Below are positions 12,051 through 26,490 of a stretch of 64,000 nt of DNA, piece after piece. The stretch comes from Azolla caroliniana (Eukaryota > Plantae > Polypodiophyta): contig JBHGNT010000023.1 in assembly GCA_043228905.1 (NCBI GenBank), positions 62,001 through 126,000 on the forward strand, given 5' to 3'. Numbering within the stretch: the first letter of the stretch is position 1; each line of letters begins with the position of its first letter. The notes below the pieces were generated by a model. That model worked only from the letters and a program-made list of their open reading frames with translations. It did no database searches and was not told where the DNA came from. Made by a program: the position numbers and the translations under genes.

Positions 12051-15000
12051 AGAGCTAGTAGGTAAATTAAAATGTTCATACCTGGCTCGTGTGATATCGG
12101 ATTTTTGTGTTCAAACATGCGAATCGAAGCTAACTACGCTAGCTATGATACAGAATTAAAAAATCAAGATTTTGAAACTCAGGTCGACAGACATGAAGAA
12201 ATTAGCAAATTTGAGGAGGGAGTGGACAAAAGCTAGTAGGTAAATTAAAATGTTCATAGCTGGCTCGTGTGATATCGGATTTTTGTGTTCAAACATGCGA
12301 ATCGAAGCTAACTACGCTAGCTATGATATAGAATTAAAAAATCAAGATTTTGAAACTCAGGTCGAGAGACATGAACAAATTAGCAAATTTGAGGAGGGAG
12401 TGGACAAGAGCTAGTAGGTAAATTAAAATGTTCATACCTGGCTCGTGTGATATCGGATTTTTGTGTTCAAACATGTGAATCGAAGCTAACTACGCTAGCT
12501 ATGATACAGAATTAAAAACTCAAGATTTTCAAACTCAGGTCGAGAGACATGAACAAATTAGCAAATTTGAGGAGGGAGTGGACAAGAGCTAGTAGGTAAA
12601 TTAAAATGTTCATACGTGGCTCGTGTGATATCGGATTTTTGTGTTCAAACATGCGAATCGAAGCTAACTACGCTAGCTATGATACAGAATTAAAAAATCA
12701 AGATTTTGAAACTCAGGTCGAGAGACATGAAGAAATTAGCAAATTTGAGGAGGGAGTGGACAAGAGCTACTAGGTAAATTAAAATGTTCATACCTGGCTC
12801 GTGTGATATCGGATTTTTGTGTTCAAACATGCGAATCGAAGCTAACTACGCTAGCTATGATATAGAATTAAAAAATCAAGATTTTGAAACTCACGTCGAG
12901 AGACATGAACAAATTAGCAAATTTGAGGAGGGAGTGGACAAGAGCTAGTAGGTAAATTAAAATGTTCATACCTGGCTCGTGTGATATCGGATTTTTGTGT
13001 TCCAACATGCGAATCGAAGCTAGCTACGCTACCTATGATACAGAATTAAAAAATCAAGATTTTGAAACTCAGGTCGAGAGACATGAACAAATTAGCAAAT
13101 TTGAGGAGGGAGTGGAAAAGAGATAGTAGGTAAATTAAAATGTTCATACCTGGCTCGTTTGATATCGGATTTTTGTGTTCAAACAAGCGAATCGAAGCTA
13201 ACAACGCTTGATATGATATAGAATTAAAAAATCAAGCTAACAACTCAGGTCGAGAGACATGAGGAAATTAGCAAATTTAAGGAGGGAGTGGACAAGAGCT
13301 AGTAGGTAAATTAAAATGTTCATACCTGGCGCGTGTGATATCGGATTTTTGTGTTCAAACATGCGAATCGAAGCTAACTACGCTAGCTATGATACAGAAT
13401 TAAAAAATCAAGATTTTGAAACTCAGGTCGAGAGACATGAAGAAATTAGCAAATTTAAGGAGGGAGTGGACAAGAGCTAGTAGGTAAATTAAAATGTTCA
13501 TACCTGGCTCGTGTGATATCGGATTTTTGTGTTCAAACATGCGAATCGAAGCTAACTACGCTAGCTATGATACAGAATTAAAAAATCAAGATTTTGAAAC
13601 TCAGGTCGACAGACATGAAGAAATTAGCAAATTTGAGGAGGGAGTGGACAAAAGCTAGTAGGTAAATTAAAATGTTCATAGCTGGCTCGTGTGATATCGG
13701 ATTTTTGTGTTCAAACATGCGAATCGAAGCTAACTACGCTAGCTATGATACAGAATTAAAAAATCAAGATTTTGAAACTCAGGTCGAGAGACATGAACAA
13801 ATTAGCAAATTTGAGGAGGGAGTGGACAAGACCTAGTAGGTAAATTAAAATGTTCATACCTGGCTCGTGTGATATCGGATTTTTGTGTTCAAACATGTGA
13901 ATCGAAGCTAACTACGCTAGCTATGATACAGAATTAAAAACTCAAGATTTTCAAACTCAGGTCGAGAGACATGAACAAATTAGCAAATTTGAGGAGGGAG
14001 TGGACAAGAGCTAGTAGGTAAATTAAAATGTTCATACGTGGCTCGTGTGATATCGGATTTTTGTGTTCAAACATGCGAATCGAAGCTAACTACGCTAGCT
14101 ATGATACAGAATTAAAAAATCAAGATTTTGAAACTCAGGTCGAGAGACATGAAGAAATTAGCAAATTTGAGGAGGGAGTGGACAAGAGATAGTAGGTAAA
14201 TTAAAATGTTCATACCTGGCTCGTGTGATATCGGATTTTTGTGTTCAAACATGCGAATCGAAGCTAACTACGCTAGCTATGATATAGAATTAAAAAATCA
14301 AGATTTTGAAACTCACGTCGAGAGACATGAACAAATTAGCAAATTTGAGGAGGGAGTGGACAAGAGATAGTAGCTAAATTAAAATGTTCATACCTGGCTC
14401 GTGTGATATCGGATTTTTGTGTTCCAACATGCGAATCGAAGCTAGCTACGCTAGCTATGATACAGAATTAAAAAATCAAGATTTTGAAACTCAGGTCGAG
14501 AGACATGAACAAATTAGCAAATTTGAGGAGGGAGTGGACAAGAGCTAGTAGGTAAATTAAAATGTTCATACCTGGCTCGTTTGATATCGGATTTTTGTGT
14601 TCAAACAAGCGAATCGAAGCTAACAACGCTTGATATGATATAGAATTAAAAAATCAAGCTAACAACTCAGGTCGAGAGACATGAGGAAATTAGCAAATTT
14701 AAGGAGGGAGTGGACAAGAGCTAGTAGGTAAATTAAAATGTTCATACCTGGCTCGTTTGATATCGGATTTTTGTGTTCAAACATGTGAATCGAAGCTAAC
14801 TACGCTAGCTATGATATAGAATTAAAAAATCAAGATTTTCAAACTCAGGTCGAGAGACATGAACAAATTAGCAAATTTGAGGAGGGAGTGGACAAGAGCT
14901 AGTAGGTAAATTAAAATGTTCATACCTGGCTCGTGTGATATCGGATTTTTGTGTTCAAACATGCGAATCGAACCCAACTACGCTAGCTATGATATAGAAT

Positions 15001-17256
15001 TAAAAAATCAAGATGTTGAAACTCAGGTCGACAGACATGAAGAAATTAGCAAATTTGAGGAGGGAGTGGACAAGAGCTAGTAGGTAAATTAAAATGTTCA
15101 TACCTGGCTCGTTTGATATCGGATTTTTGTGTTCAAACATGCGAATCGAAGCTAACTACGCTAGCTATGATATAGAATTAAAAAATCAAGATTTTGAAAT
15201 CAGGTCGAGAGACATGAAGAAATTAGCAAATTTGAGGAGGGAGTGGACAAGACCTAGTAGGTAAATTAAAATGTTCATACCTGGCTCGTTTGATATCGGA
15301 TTTTTGTGTTCAAACATGCGAATCGAAGCTAACTACGCTAGCTATGATATAGAATTAAAAAATCAAGATTTTGAAACTCAGGTCGAGAGACATGAAGAAA
15401 TTAGCAAATTTGAGGAGGGAGTGGACAAGAGATAGTAGCTAAATTAAAATGTTCATACCTGGCTCGTGTGATATCGGATTTTTATGTTCAAACATGTGAA
15501 TCGAAGCTAACTACGCTAGCTATGATATAGAATTAAAAAATCAAGATGTTGAAACTCAGGTCGAGAGACATGAAGAAATTAGCAAATTTGAGGAGGGAGT
15601 GGACAAGACCTAGTAGGTAAATTAAAATGTTCATACCTGGCTCGTTTGATATCGGATTTTTGTGTTCAAACATGCGAATCGAAGCTAACTACGCTAGCTA
15701 TGATATAGAATTAAAAAATCAAGATTTTGAAACTCAGGTCGAGAGACATGAACAAATTAGCAAATTTGAGGAGGGAGTGGACAAGACCTAGTAGGTAAAT
15801 TAAAATGTTCATACCTGGCTCGTTTGATATCGGATTTTTGTGTTCAAACATGCGAATCGAAGCTAACTACGCTAGCTATGATATAGAATTAAAAAATCAA
15901 GATTTTGAAACTCAGGTCGAGAGACATGAAGAAATTAGCAAATTTGAGGAGGGAGTGGACAAGAGATAGTAGGTAAATTAAAATGTTCATACCTGGCTCG
16001 TGTGATATCGGATTTTTGTGTTCAAACATGCGAATCGAAGCTAACTACGCTAGCTATGATATAGAATTAAAAAATCAAGATGTTGAAACTCAGGTCGAGA
16101 GACATGAAGAAATTAGCAAATTTGAGGAGGGAGTGGACAAGAGATAGTACGTAAATTAAAATGTTCATACGTGGCTCGTGTGATATCGGATTTTTGTGTT
16201 CAAACATGTGAATCGAAGCTAACTACGCTAGCTATGATACCGAATTAAAAAATCAAGATTTTGAAACTTAGGTCGAGAGACATGAACAAATTAGCAAATT
16301 TGAGGAGGGAGTGGACAAGAGCTAGTAGGTAAATTAAAATGTTCATACCTGGCTCGTTTGATATCGGATTTTTGTGTTCAAACATGCGAATCGAAGCTAA
16401 CTACGCTAGCTATGATACAGAATTAAATAATCAAGATTTTGAAACTCAGGTCGACAGACATGATAGAATTAGCAAATTTGAGGAGGGAGTGGACAAGAGC
16501 TAGTAGGTAAATTAAAATGTTCATACCTGGCTCGTTTGATATCGGATTTTTGTGTTCAAACATGCGAATCGAAGCTAACTACGCTAGCTATGATACAGAA
16601 TTAAAAAATCAAGATTTTGAAACTCAGGTCGAGAGACATGAAGAAATTAGCAAATTTGAGGAGGGAGTGGACAAGAGCTAGTAGGTAAATTAAAATGTTC
16701 ATACCTGGCTCGTTTGATATCGGATTTTTGTGTTCAAACATGCGAATCGAAGCTAATTACGCTAGCTATGATACAGAATTAAAAAATCAAGATTTTGAAA
16801 CTCAGGTCGACAGACATGATAGAATTAGCAAATTTGAGGAGGGAGTGGACAAGAGCTAGTAGGTAAATTAAAATGTTCATACCTGGCTCGTGTGATATCG
16901 GATTTTTGTGTTCAAACATGCGAATCGAAGCTAACTACGCTAGCTATGATACAGAATTAAAAAATCAAGATTTTGAAACTCAGGTCGACAGACATGATAG
17001 AATTAGCAAATTTGAGGAGGGAGTGGAGAAGAGCGCGTTAGTAAATTAAAATGTTCATACCTGGCTCGTGTGATATCGGATTTTTGTGTTCAAACATGCG
17101 AATCGAAGCTAACTACGCTAGCTATAATACAGAATTAAAAAATCAAGATTTTGAAACTCAGGTCGACAGACATGACAGAATTAGCAAATTTGAAGAGGTT
17201 GTGGAATAGAGCGCGTTAGTAAATTAAAATGTTCATACCTGGCTCGTGTGATATCG

Positions 17257-17390
17257 GATTTTTGTGTTCAAACATGCGAATCGATGCTAACAACGCTTGA
17301 TATGATATAGAATTAAAAAATCAAGCTAACAACTCAAGTCGAGAGCTAGTAGGTAAATTAAAATATTCATACCTGGCTCGTTTGATATCG
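17257..17390 (+). repeat. Truncated 134-bp monomer (176-bp variant with a further 42-bp deletion)
   Basis: GTCGAGAG runs directly into CTAGTAGG at ~17345. Monomer starts at 17257 and 17391 are 134 bp apart. Confidence 0.93.
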
Positions 17391-20300
17391 GATTTTTGTG
17401 TTCAAACATGCGAATCGAAGCTAACTACGCTAGCTATGATACAGAATTAAAAAATCAAGATTTTGAAACTCAGGTCGAGAGACATGAAGAAATTAGCAAA
17501 TTTGAGGAGGGAGTGGACAAGAGCTAGTAGGTAAATTAAAATGTTCATACCTGGCTCGTTTGATATCGGATTTTTGTGTTCAAACATGCGAATCGAAGCT
17601 AACTACGCTAGCTATGATACAGAATTAAAAAATCAAGATTTTGAAACTCAGGTCGACATACATGATAGAATTAGCAAATTTGAGGAGGGAGTGGACAAGA
17701 GCTAGTAGGTAAATTAAAATGTTCATACCTGGCTCGTGTGATATCGGATTTTTGTGTTCAAACATGCGAATCGAAGCTAACTACGCTAGCTATGATACAG
17801 AATTAAAAAATCAAGATTTTGAAACTCAGGTCGAGAGACATGAAGAAATTAGCAAATTTGAGGAGGGAGTGGACAAGAGATAGTAGCTAAATTAAAATGT
17901 TCATACGTGGCTCGTGTGATATCGGCTTTTTGTGTTCAAACATGCGAATCGAAGCTTACTACGCTAGCTATGATACAGAATTAAAAAATCAAGATTTTGA
18001 AACTCAGGTCGAGAGACATGAAAAAATTAGCAAATTTGAGGAGGGAGTGGACAAGAGATAGTAGGTAAATTAAAATGTTCATACCTGGCTCGTGTGATAT
18101 CGGATTTTTGTGTTCAAACATGTGAATCGAAGCTAACTACGCTAGCTATGATATAGAATTAAAAAATCAAGATGTTGAAACTCAGGTCGAGAGACATGAA
18201 GAAATTAGCAAATTTGAGGAGGGAGTGGACAAGACCTAGTAGGTAAATTAAAATGTTCATACCTGGCTCGTTTGATATCGGATTTTTGTGTTCAAACATG
18301 CGAATCGAAGCTAACTACGCTAGCTATGATATAGAATTAAAAAATCAAGATTTTGAAACTCAGGTCGAGAGACATGAACAAATTAGCAAATTTGAGGAGG
18401 GAGTGGACAAGAGATATTAGCTAAATTAAAATGTTCATACCTGGCTCGTGTGATATTGGATTTTTGTGTTCAAACATGCGAATCGAAGCTAACTACGCTA
18501 GTTATGATACAGAATTAAAAAATCAAGATTTTGAAACTCAGGTCGAGAGACATGAAGAAATTAGCAAATTTGAGGAGGGAGTGGACAAGAGCTAGTAGGT
18601 AAATTAAAATGTTCATACCTGGCTCGTTTGATATCGGATTTTTGTGTTCAAACAAGCGAATCGAAGCTAACAACGCTTGATATGATATAGAATTAAAAAA
18701 TCAAGCTAACAACTCAGGTCGAGAGACATGAGGAAATTAGCAAATTTAAGGAGGGAGTGGACAAGAGCTAGTAGGTAAATTAAAATGTTCATACCTGGCT
18801 CGTGTGATATCGGATTTTTGTGTTCAAACATGCGAATCGAAGCTAACTACGCTAGCTATGATATAGAATTAAAAATTCAAGATTTTGAAACTCAGGTTGA
18901 TAGACATGAAGAAATTAGCAAATTTGAGGAGGGAGTGGACAAAAGCTAGTAGGTAAATTAAAATGTTCATACCTGGCTCGTGTGATATCGGATTTTTGTG
19001 TTCAAACATGCGAATCGAAGCTAACTACGCTAGCTATGATACAGAATTAAAAAATCAAGATTTTGAAACTTAGGTCGAAAGACATGAACCAATTAGCAAA
19101 TTTGAGGAGGGAGTGGACAAGAGCTAGTAGGTAAATTAAAATGTTCATACCTGGCTCGTGTGATATCGGATTTTTGTGTTCAAACATGTGAATCGAAGCT
19201 AACTACGCTAGCTATGATACAGAATTAAAAACTCAAGATTTTCAAACTCAGGTCGAGAGACATGAACAAATTAGCAAATTTGAGGAGGGAGTGGACAAGA
19301 GCTAGTAGGTAAATTAAAATGTTCATACGTGGCTCGTGTGATATCGGATTTTTGTGTTCAAACATGCAAATCGAAGCTAACTACGCTAGCTATGATACAT
19401 AATTAAAAAATCAAGATTTTGAAACTCAGGTCGAGAGACATGAACAAATTAGCAAATTTGAGGAGGGAGTGGACAAGAGCTACTAGGTAAATTAAAATAT
19501 TCATACCTGGCTCGTGTGATATCGGATTTTTCTGTTCAAACATGCGAATCGAAACTAACTACGCTAGCTATGATACAGAATTAAAAAATCAAGATTTTGA
19601 AACTCAGGTCAAGAGATATGAAGAAATTAGCAAATTTGAGGAGCGAGTGGACAAGAGATAGTACCTAAATTAAAATGTTCATACCTGGCTCGTGTGATAT
19701 CGGATTTTTGTGTTCAAACATGCGAATCGAAGCTAACTACGCTACCTATGATACAGAATTAAAAAATCAAGATTTTGAAACTCAAGTCAAGAGACATGAA
19801 CAAATTAGCAAATTTGAGGAGGGAGTGGACAAGAGATAGTAGGTAAATTAAAATGTTCATACCTGGCTCGTGTGATATCGGATTTTTGTGTTCAAACATG
19901 TGAATCGAAGCTAACTCCGCTAGCTATGATATAGAATTAAAAAATCAAGATGTTGAAACTCAGGTCGAGAGACATGAAGAAATTAGCAAATTTGAGGAGG
20001 GAGTGGACAAGAGCGCGTTAATAAATTAAAATGTTCATACCTGGCTCGTGTGATATCGGATTTCTGTGTTCAAACATGCGAATCGAAGCTAACTACGCTA
20101 GCTATGATACAGAATAAAAAAATCAAGATTTTGAAACTTAGGTCGAGAGACATGAAGAAATTAGCAAATTTGAGGAGGGAGTGGACAAGAGATAGTAGCT
20201 AAATTAAAATATTCATAGTGGCTCGTGTGATATCGGATTTTTGTGTTCAAAGTTGCGAATCGAAGCTAACTGCACTACCTATGATACAGAATTAAAAAAT

Positions 20301-21169
20301 CAAGATGTTGAAACTCAGGTCGAGAGACATGAACAAATTAGCAAATTTGAGGAGGGAGTGGACAAGAGCTAGTAGGTAAATTAAAATGTTCATACCTGGC
20401 TCGTGTGATATCGGATTTTTGTGTTCAAACATGTGAATCGAAGCTAACTACGCTAGCTATGATATAGAATTAAAAAATCAAGATATTGAAACTCAGGTCG
20501 AGAGACATGAAGAAATTAGCAAATTTGAGGAGGGAGTGGACAAGACCTAGTAGGTAAATTAAAATGTTCATACCTGGCTCGTTTGATATCGGATTTTTGT
20601 GTTCAAACATGCGAATCGAAGCTAACTACGCTAGCTATGATACAGAATTAAAAAATCAAGATTTTGAAACTCAGGTCGAGAGACATGAACAAATTAGCAA
20701 ATTTGAGGAGGGAGTGGACAAGAGCTAGTAGCTAAATTAAAATGTTCATACCTGGCTCGTTTGATATCGGATTTTTGTGTTCAAACATGCGAATCGAAGC
20801 TAACTACGCTAGCTATGATACAGAATTAAAAAATCAAGATTTTGAAACTCAGGTCGAGAGACATGAACAAATTAGCAAATTTGAGGAGGGAGTGGACGAG
20901 AGCTAGTAGGTAAATTAAAATATTCATACCTGGCTCGCGTGATATCGGATTTTTGTGTTCAAACATGCGAATCGAAGCTAACTACGCTAGCTATGATACA
21001 GAATTAAAAAATCAAGATTTTCAAACTCAGGTCGAGAGACATGAACAAATTAGCAAATTTGAGGAGGGAGTGGACAAGAGATATTAGCTAAATTAAAATG
21101 TTCATACCTGGCTCGTGTGATATTGGATTTTTGTGTTCAAACATGCGAATCAAAGCTAACTACGCTAGT

Positions 21170-24100
21170 TATGATACAGAATTAAAAAATCAAGATTTTG
21201 AAACTCAGGTCGAGAGACATGAAGAAATTAGCAAATTTGAGGAGGGAGTGGACAAGAGCTAGTAGGTAAATTAAAATGTTCATACCTGGCTCGTTTGATA
21301 TCGGATTTTTGTGTTCAAACAAGCGAATCGAAGCTAACAACGCTTGATATGATATAGAATTAAAAAATCAAGCTAACAACTCAGGTCGAGAGACATGAGG
21401 AAATTAGCAAATTTAAGGAGGGAGTGGACAAGAGCTAGTAGGTAAATTAAAATGTTCATACCTGGCTCGTGTGATATCGGATTTTTGTGTTCAAACATGC
21501 GAATCGAAGCTAACTACGCTAGCTATGATATAGAATTAAAAATTCAAGATTTTGAAACTCAGGTTGATAGACATGAAGAAATTAGCAAATTTGAGGAGGG
21601 AGTGGACAAAAGCTAGTAGGTAAATTAAAATGTTCATACCTGGCTCGTGTGATATCGGATTTTTGTGTTCAAACATGCGAATCGAAGCTAACTACGCTAG
21701 CTATGATACAGAATTAAAAAATCAAGATTTTGAAACTTAGGTCGAAAGACATGAACCAATTAGCAAATTTGAGGAGGGAGTGGACAAGAGCTAGTAGGTA
21801 AATTAAAATGTTCATACCTGGCTCGTGTGATATCGGATTTTTGTGTTCAAACATGTGAATCGAAGCTAACTACGCTAGCTATGATACAGAATTAAAAACT
21901 CAAGATTTTCAAACTCAGGTCGAGAGACATGAACAAATTAGCAAATTTGAGGAGGGAGTGGACAAGAGCTAATAGGTAAATTAAAATGTTCATACGTGGC
22001 TCGTGTGATATCGGATTTTTGTGTTCAAACATGCAAATCGAAGCTAACTACGCTAGCTATGATACATAATTAAAAAATCAAGATTTTGAAACTCAGGTCG
22101 AGAGACATGAACAAATTAGCAAATTTGAGGAGGGAGTGGACAAGAGCTACTAGGTAAATTAAAATATTCATACCTGGCTCGTGTGATATCGGATTTTTCT
22201 GTTCAAACATGCGAATCGAAGCTAACAACGCTTGATATGATATAGAATTAAAAAATCAAGCTAACAACTCAGGTCGAGAGACATGAACAAATTAGCAAAT
22301 TTGAGGAGGGAGTGGACAAGAGCTAGTAGGTAAATTAAAATGTTCATACCTGGCTCGTGTGAGATCGGATTTTTGTGTTCAAACATGCGAATCGAAGCTA
22401 ACTACGCTTATTATGACACAGAATTAAAAAAACCAAGATTTTGAAACTCAGGTTGAGAGACATGAACAAATTAGCAAATTTGAGGAGGGAGTGGACAAGA
22501 GATAGTAGGTAAATTAAAATGTTCATACCTGGCTCGTGTGATATCGGATTTTTGTGTTCAAACATGCGAATCGAAGCTAACTACGCTAGCTATGATACAG
22601 AATTAAAAAATCAGGATTTTAAAATTCAGGTCGAGAGACATGAAGAAATTAGCAAATTTGAGGAGGGAGTGGAGAAGAGCTAGTAGGTAATTAAAATGTT
22701 CATTCCTGGCTCGTTTGATATTGGATTTTTGTGTTCAAACATGCGAATCGAAGCTAACTACGCTAGCTATGATACATAATTAAAAAATCAAGATTTTGAA
22801 ACTCAGGTTGATAGACATGAAGAAATTAGCAAATTTGAGGAGGGAGTGGACAAGAGCGCGTTAGTAAATTAAAATGTTCATACCTGGCTCGTGTGATATC
22901 GGATTTTTGTGTTCAAACATGCGAATCGAAGCTAACTACGCTAGCTATGATACAGAATTAAAAAATCAAGATTTTGAAACTCAGGTCGAGAGACATGAAG
23001 AAATTAGCAAATTTGAGGAGGGAGTGGACAAGAGCTAGTAGGTAAATTAAAATGTTCATACCTGGCTCGTTTGATATCGGATTTTTGTGTTCAAACAAGC
23101 GAATCGAAGCTAACAACGCTTGATATGATATAGAATTAAAAAATCAAGCTAACAACTCAGGTCGAGAGACATGAGGAAATTAGCAAATTTAAGGAGGGAG
23201 TGGACAAGAGCTAGTAGGTAAATTAAAATGTTCATACCTGGCTCGTGTGATATCGGATTTTTGTGTTCAAACATGCGAATCGAAGCTAACTACGCTAGCT
23301 ATGATATAGAATTAAAAATTCAAGATTTTGAAACTCAGGTTGATAGACATGAAGAAATTAGCAAATTTGAGGAGGGAGTGGACAAAAGCTAGTAGGTAAA
23401 TTAAAATGTTCATACCTGGCTCGTGTGATATCGGATTTTTGTGTTCAAACATGCGAATCGAAGCTAACTACGCTAGCTATGATACAGAATTAAAAAATCA
23501 AGATTTTGAAACTTAGGTCGAAAGACATGAACCAATTAGCAAATTTGAGGAGGGAGTGGACAAGAGCTAGTAGGTAAATTAAAATGTTCATACCTGGCTC
23601 GTGTGATATCGGATTTTTGTGTTCAAACATGTGAATCGAAGCTAACTACGCTAGCTATGATACAGAATTAAAAACTCAAGATTTTCAAACTCAGGTCGAG
23701 AGACATGAACAAATTAGCAAATTTGAGGAGGGAGTGGACAAGAGCTAATAGGTAAATTAAAATGTTCATACGTGGCTCGTGTGATATCGGATTTTTGTGT
23801 TCAAACATGCAAATCGAAGCTAACTACGCTAGCTATGATACATAATTAAAAAATCAAGATTTTGAAACTCAGGTCGAGAGACATGAACAAATTAGCAAAT
23901 TTGAGGAGGGAGTGGACAAGAGCTACTAGGTAAATTAAAATATTCATACCTGGCTCGTGTGATATCGGATTTTTCTGTTCAAACATGCGAATCGAAGCTA
24001 ACAACGCTTGATATGATATAGAATTAAAAAATCAAGCTAACAACTCAGGTCGAGAGACATGAACAAATTAGCAAATTTGAGGAGGGAGTGGACAAGAGCT

Positions 24101-26490
24101 AGTAGGTAAATTAAAATGTTCATACCTGGCTCGTGTGAGATCGGATTTTTGTGTTCAAACATGCGAATCGAAGCTAACTACGCTTATTATGACACAGAAT
24201 TAAAAAAACCAAGATTTTGAAACTCAGGTTGAGAGACATGAACAAATTAGCAAATTTGAGGAGGGAGTGGACAAGAGATAGTAGGTAAATTAAAATGTTC
24301 ATACCTGGCTCGTGTGATATCGGATTTTTGTGTTCAAACATGCGAATCGAAGCTAACTACGCTAGCTATGATACAGAATTAAAAAATCAGGATTTTAAAA
24401 TTCAGGTCGAGAGACATGAAGAAATTAGCAAATTTGAGGAGGGAGTGGAGAAGAGCTAGTAGGTAATTAAAATGTTCATTCCTGGCTCGTTTGATATTGG
24501 ATTTTTGTGTTCAAACATGCGAATCGAAGCTAACTACGCTAGCTATGATACATAATTAAAAAATCAAGATTTTGAAACTCAGGTTGATAGACATGAAGAA
24601 ATTAGCAAATTTGAGGAGGGAGTGGACAAGAGCGCGTTAGTAAATTAAAATGTTCATACCTGGCTCGTGTGATATCGGATTTTTGTGTTCAAACATGCGA
24701 ATCGAAGCTAACTACGCTAGCTATGATACAGAATTAAAAAATCAAGATTTTGAAACTCAGGTCGAGAGACATGAAGAAATTAGCAAATTTGAGGAGGGAG
24801 TGGACAAGAGCTAGTAGGTAAATTAAAATGTTCATACCTGGCTCGTTTGATATCGGATTTTTGTGTTCAAACAAGCGAATCGAAGCTAACAACGCTTGAT
24901 ATGATATAGAATTAAAAAATCAAGCTAACAACTCAGGTCGAGAGACATGAGGAAATTAGCAAATTTAAGGAGGGAGTGGACAAGAGCTAGTAGGTAAATT
25001 AAAATGTTCATACCTGGCTCGTGTGATATCGGATTTTTGTGTTCAAACATGCGAATCGAAGCTAACTACGCTAGCTATGATATAGAATTAAAAATTCAAG
25101 ATTTTGAAACTCAGGTTGATAGACATGAAGAAATTAGCAAATTTGAGGAGGGAGTGGACAAAAGCTAGTAGGTAAATTAAAATGTTCATACCTGGCTCGT
25201 GTGATATCGGATTTTTGTGTTCAAACATGCGAATCGAAGCTAACTACGCTAGCTATGATACAGAATTAAAAAATCAAGATTTTGAAACTTAGGTCGAAAG
25301 ACATGAACCAATTAGCAAATTTGAGGAGGGAGTGGACAAGAGCTAGTAGGTAAATTAAAATGTTCATACCTGGCTCGTGTGATATCGGATTTTTGTGTTC
25401 AAACATGTGAATCGAAGCTAACTACGCTAGCTATGATACAGAATTAAAAACTCAAGATTTTCAAACTCAGGTCGAGAGACATGAACAAATTAGCAAATTT
25501 GAGGAGGGAGTGGACAAGAGCTAATAGGTAAATTAAAATGTTCATACGTGGCTCGTGTGATATCGGATTTTTGTGTTCAAACATGCAAATCGAAGCTAAC
25601 TACGCTAGCTATGATACATAATTAAAAAATCAAGATTTTGAAACTCAGGTCGAGAGACATGAACAAATTAGCAAATTTGAGGAGGGAGTGGACAAGAGCT
25701 ACTAGGTAAATTAAAATATTCATACCTGGCTCGTGTGATATCGGATTTTTCTGTTCAAACATGCGAATCGAAGCTAACAACGCTTGATATGATATAGAAT
25801 TAAAAAATCAAGCTAACAACTCAGGTCGAGAGACATGAACAAATTAGCAAATTTGAGGAGGGAGTGGACAAGAGCTAGTAGGTAAATTAAAATGTTCATA
25901 CCTGGCTCGTGTGAGATCGGATTTTTGTGTTCAAACATGCGAATCGAAGCTAACTACGCTTATTATGACACAGAATTAAAAAAACCAAGATTTTGAAACT
26001 CAGGTTGAGAGACATGAACAAATTAGCAAATTTGAGGAGGGAGTGGACAAGAGCTAGTAGGTAAATTAAAATGTTCATACCTGGCTCGTGTGATATCGGA
26101 TTTTTGTGTTCAAACATGCGAATCGAAGCTAACTACGCTAGCTATGATACAGAATTAAAAAATCAGGATTTTAAAATTCAGGTCGAGAGACATGAAGAAA
26201 TTAGCAAATTTGAGGAGGGAGTGGAGAAGAGCTAGTAGGTAATTAAAATGTTCATTCCTGGCTCGTTTGATATTGGATTTTTGTGTTCAAACATGCGAAT
26301 CGAAGCTAACTACGCTAGCTATGATACATAATTAAAAAATCAAGATTTTGAAACTCAGGTTGATAGACATGAAGAAATTAGCAAATTTGAGGAGGGTGTG
26401 GACAAGAGCGCGTTAGTAAATTAAAATGTTCATACCTGGCTCGTGTGATATCGGATTTTTGTGTTCAAACATGCGAATCGAAGCTAACAA
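21170..26490 (+). repeat. Three near-identical tandem copies of a 10-monomer HOR (1776 bp)
   Basis: Marker GTGAGATC at 22361, 24137, 25913 (exact 1776 spacing). The unit contains two 176-bp monomers, one +1 (AAAAAAACC) and one -1 (GGTAATTAAAA) monomer: 1780-2-2+1-1 = 1776. Confidence 0.93.
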
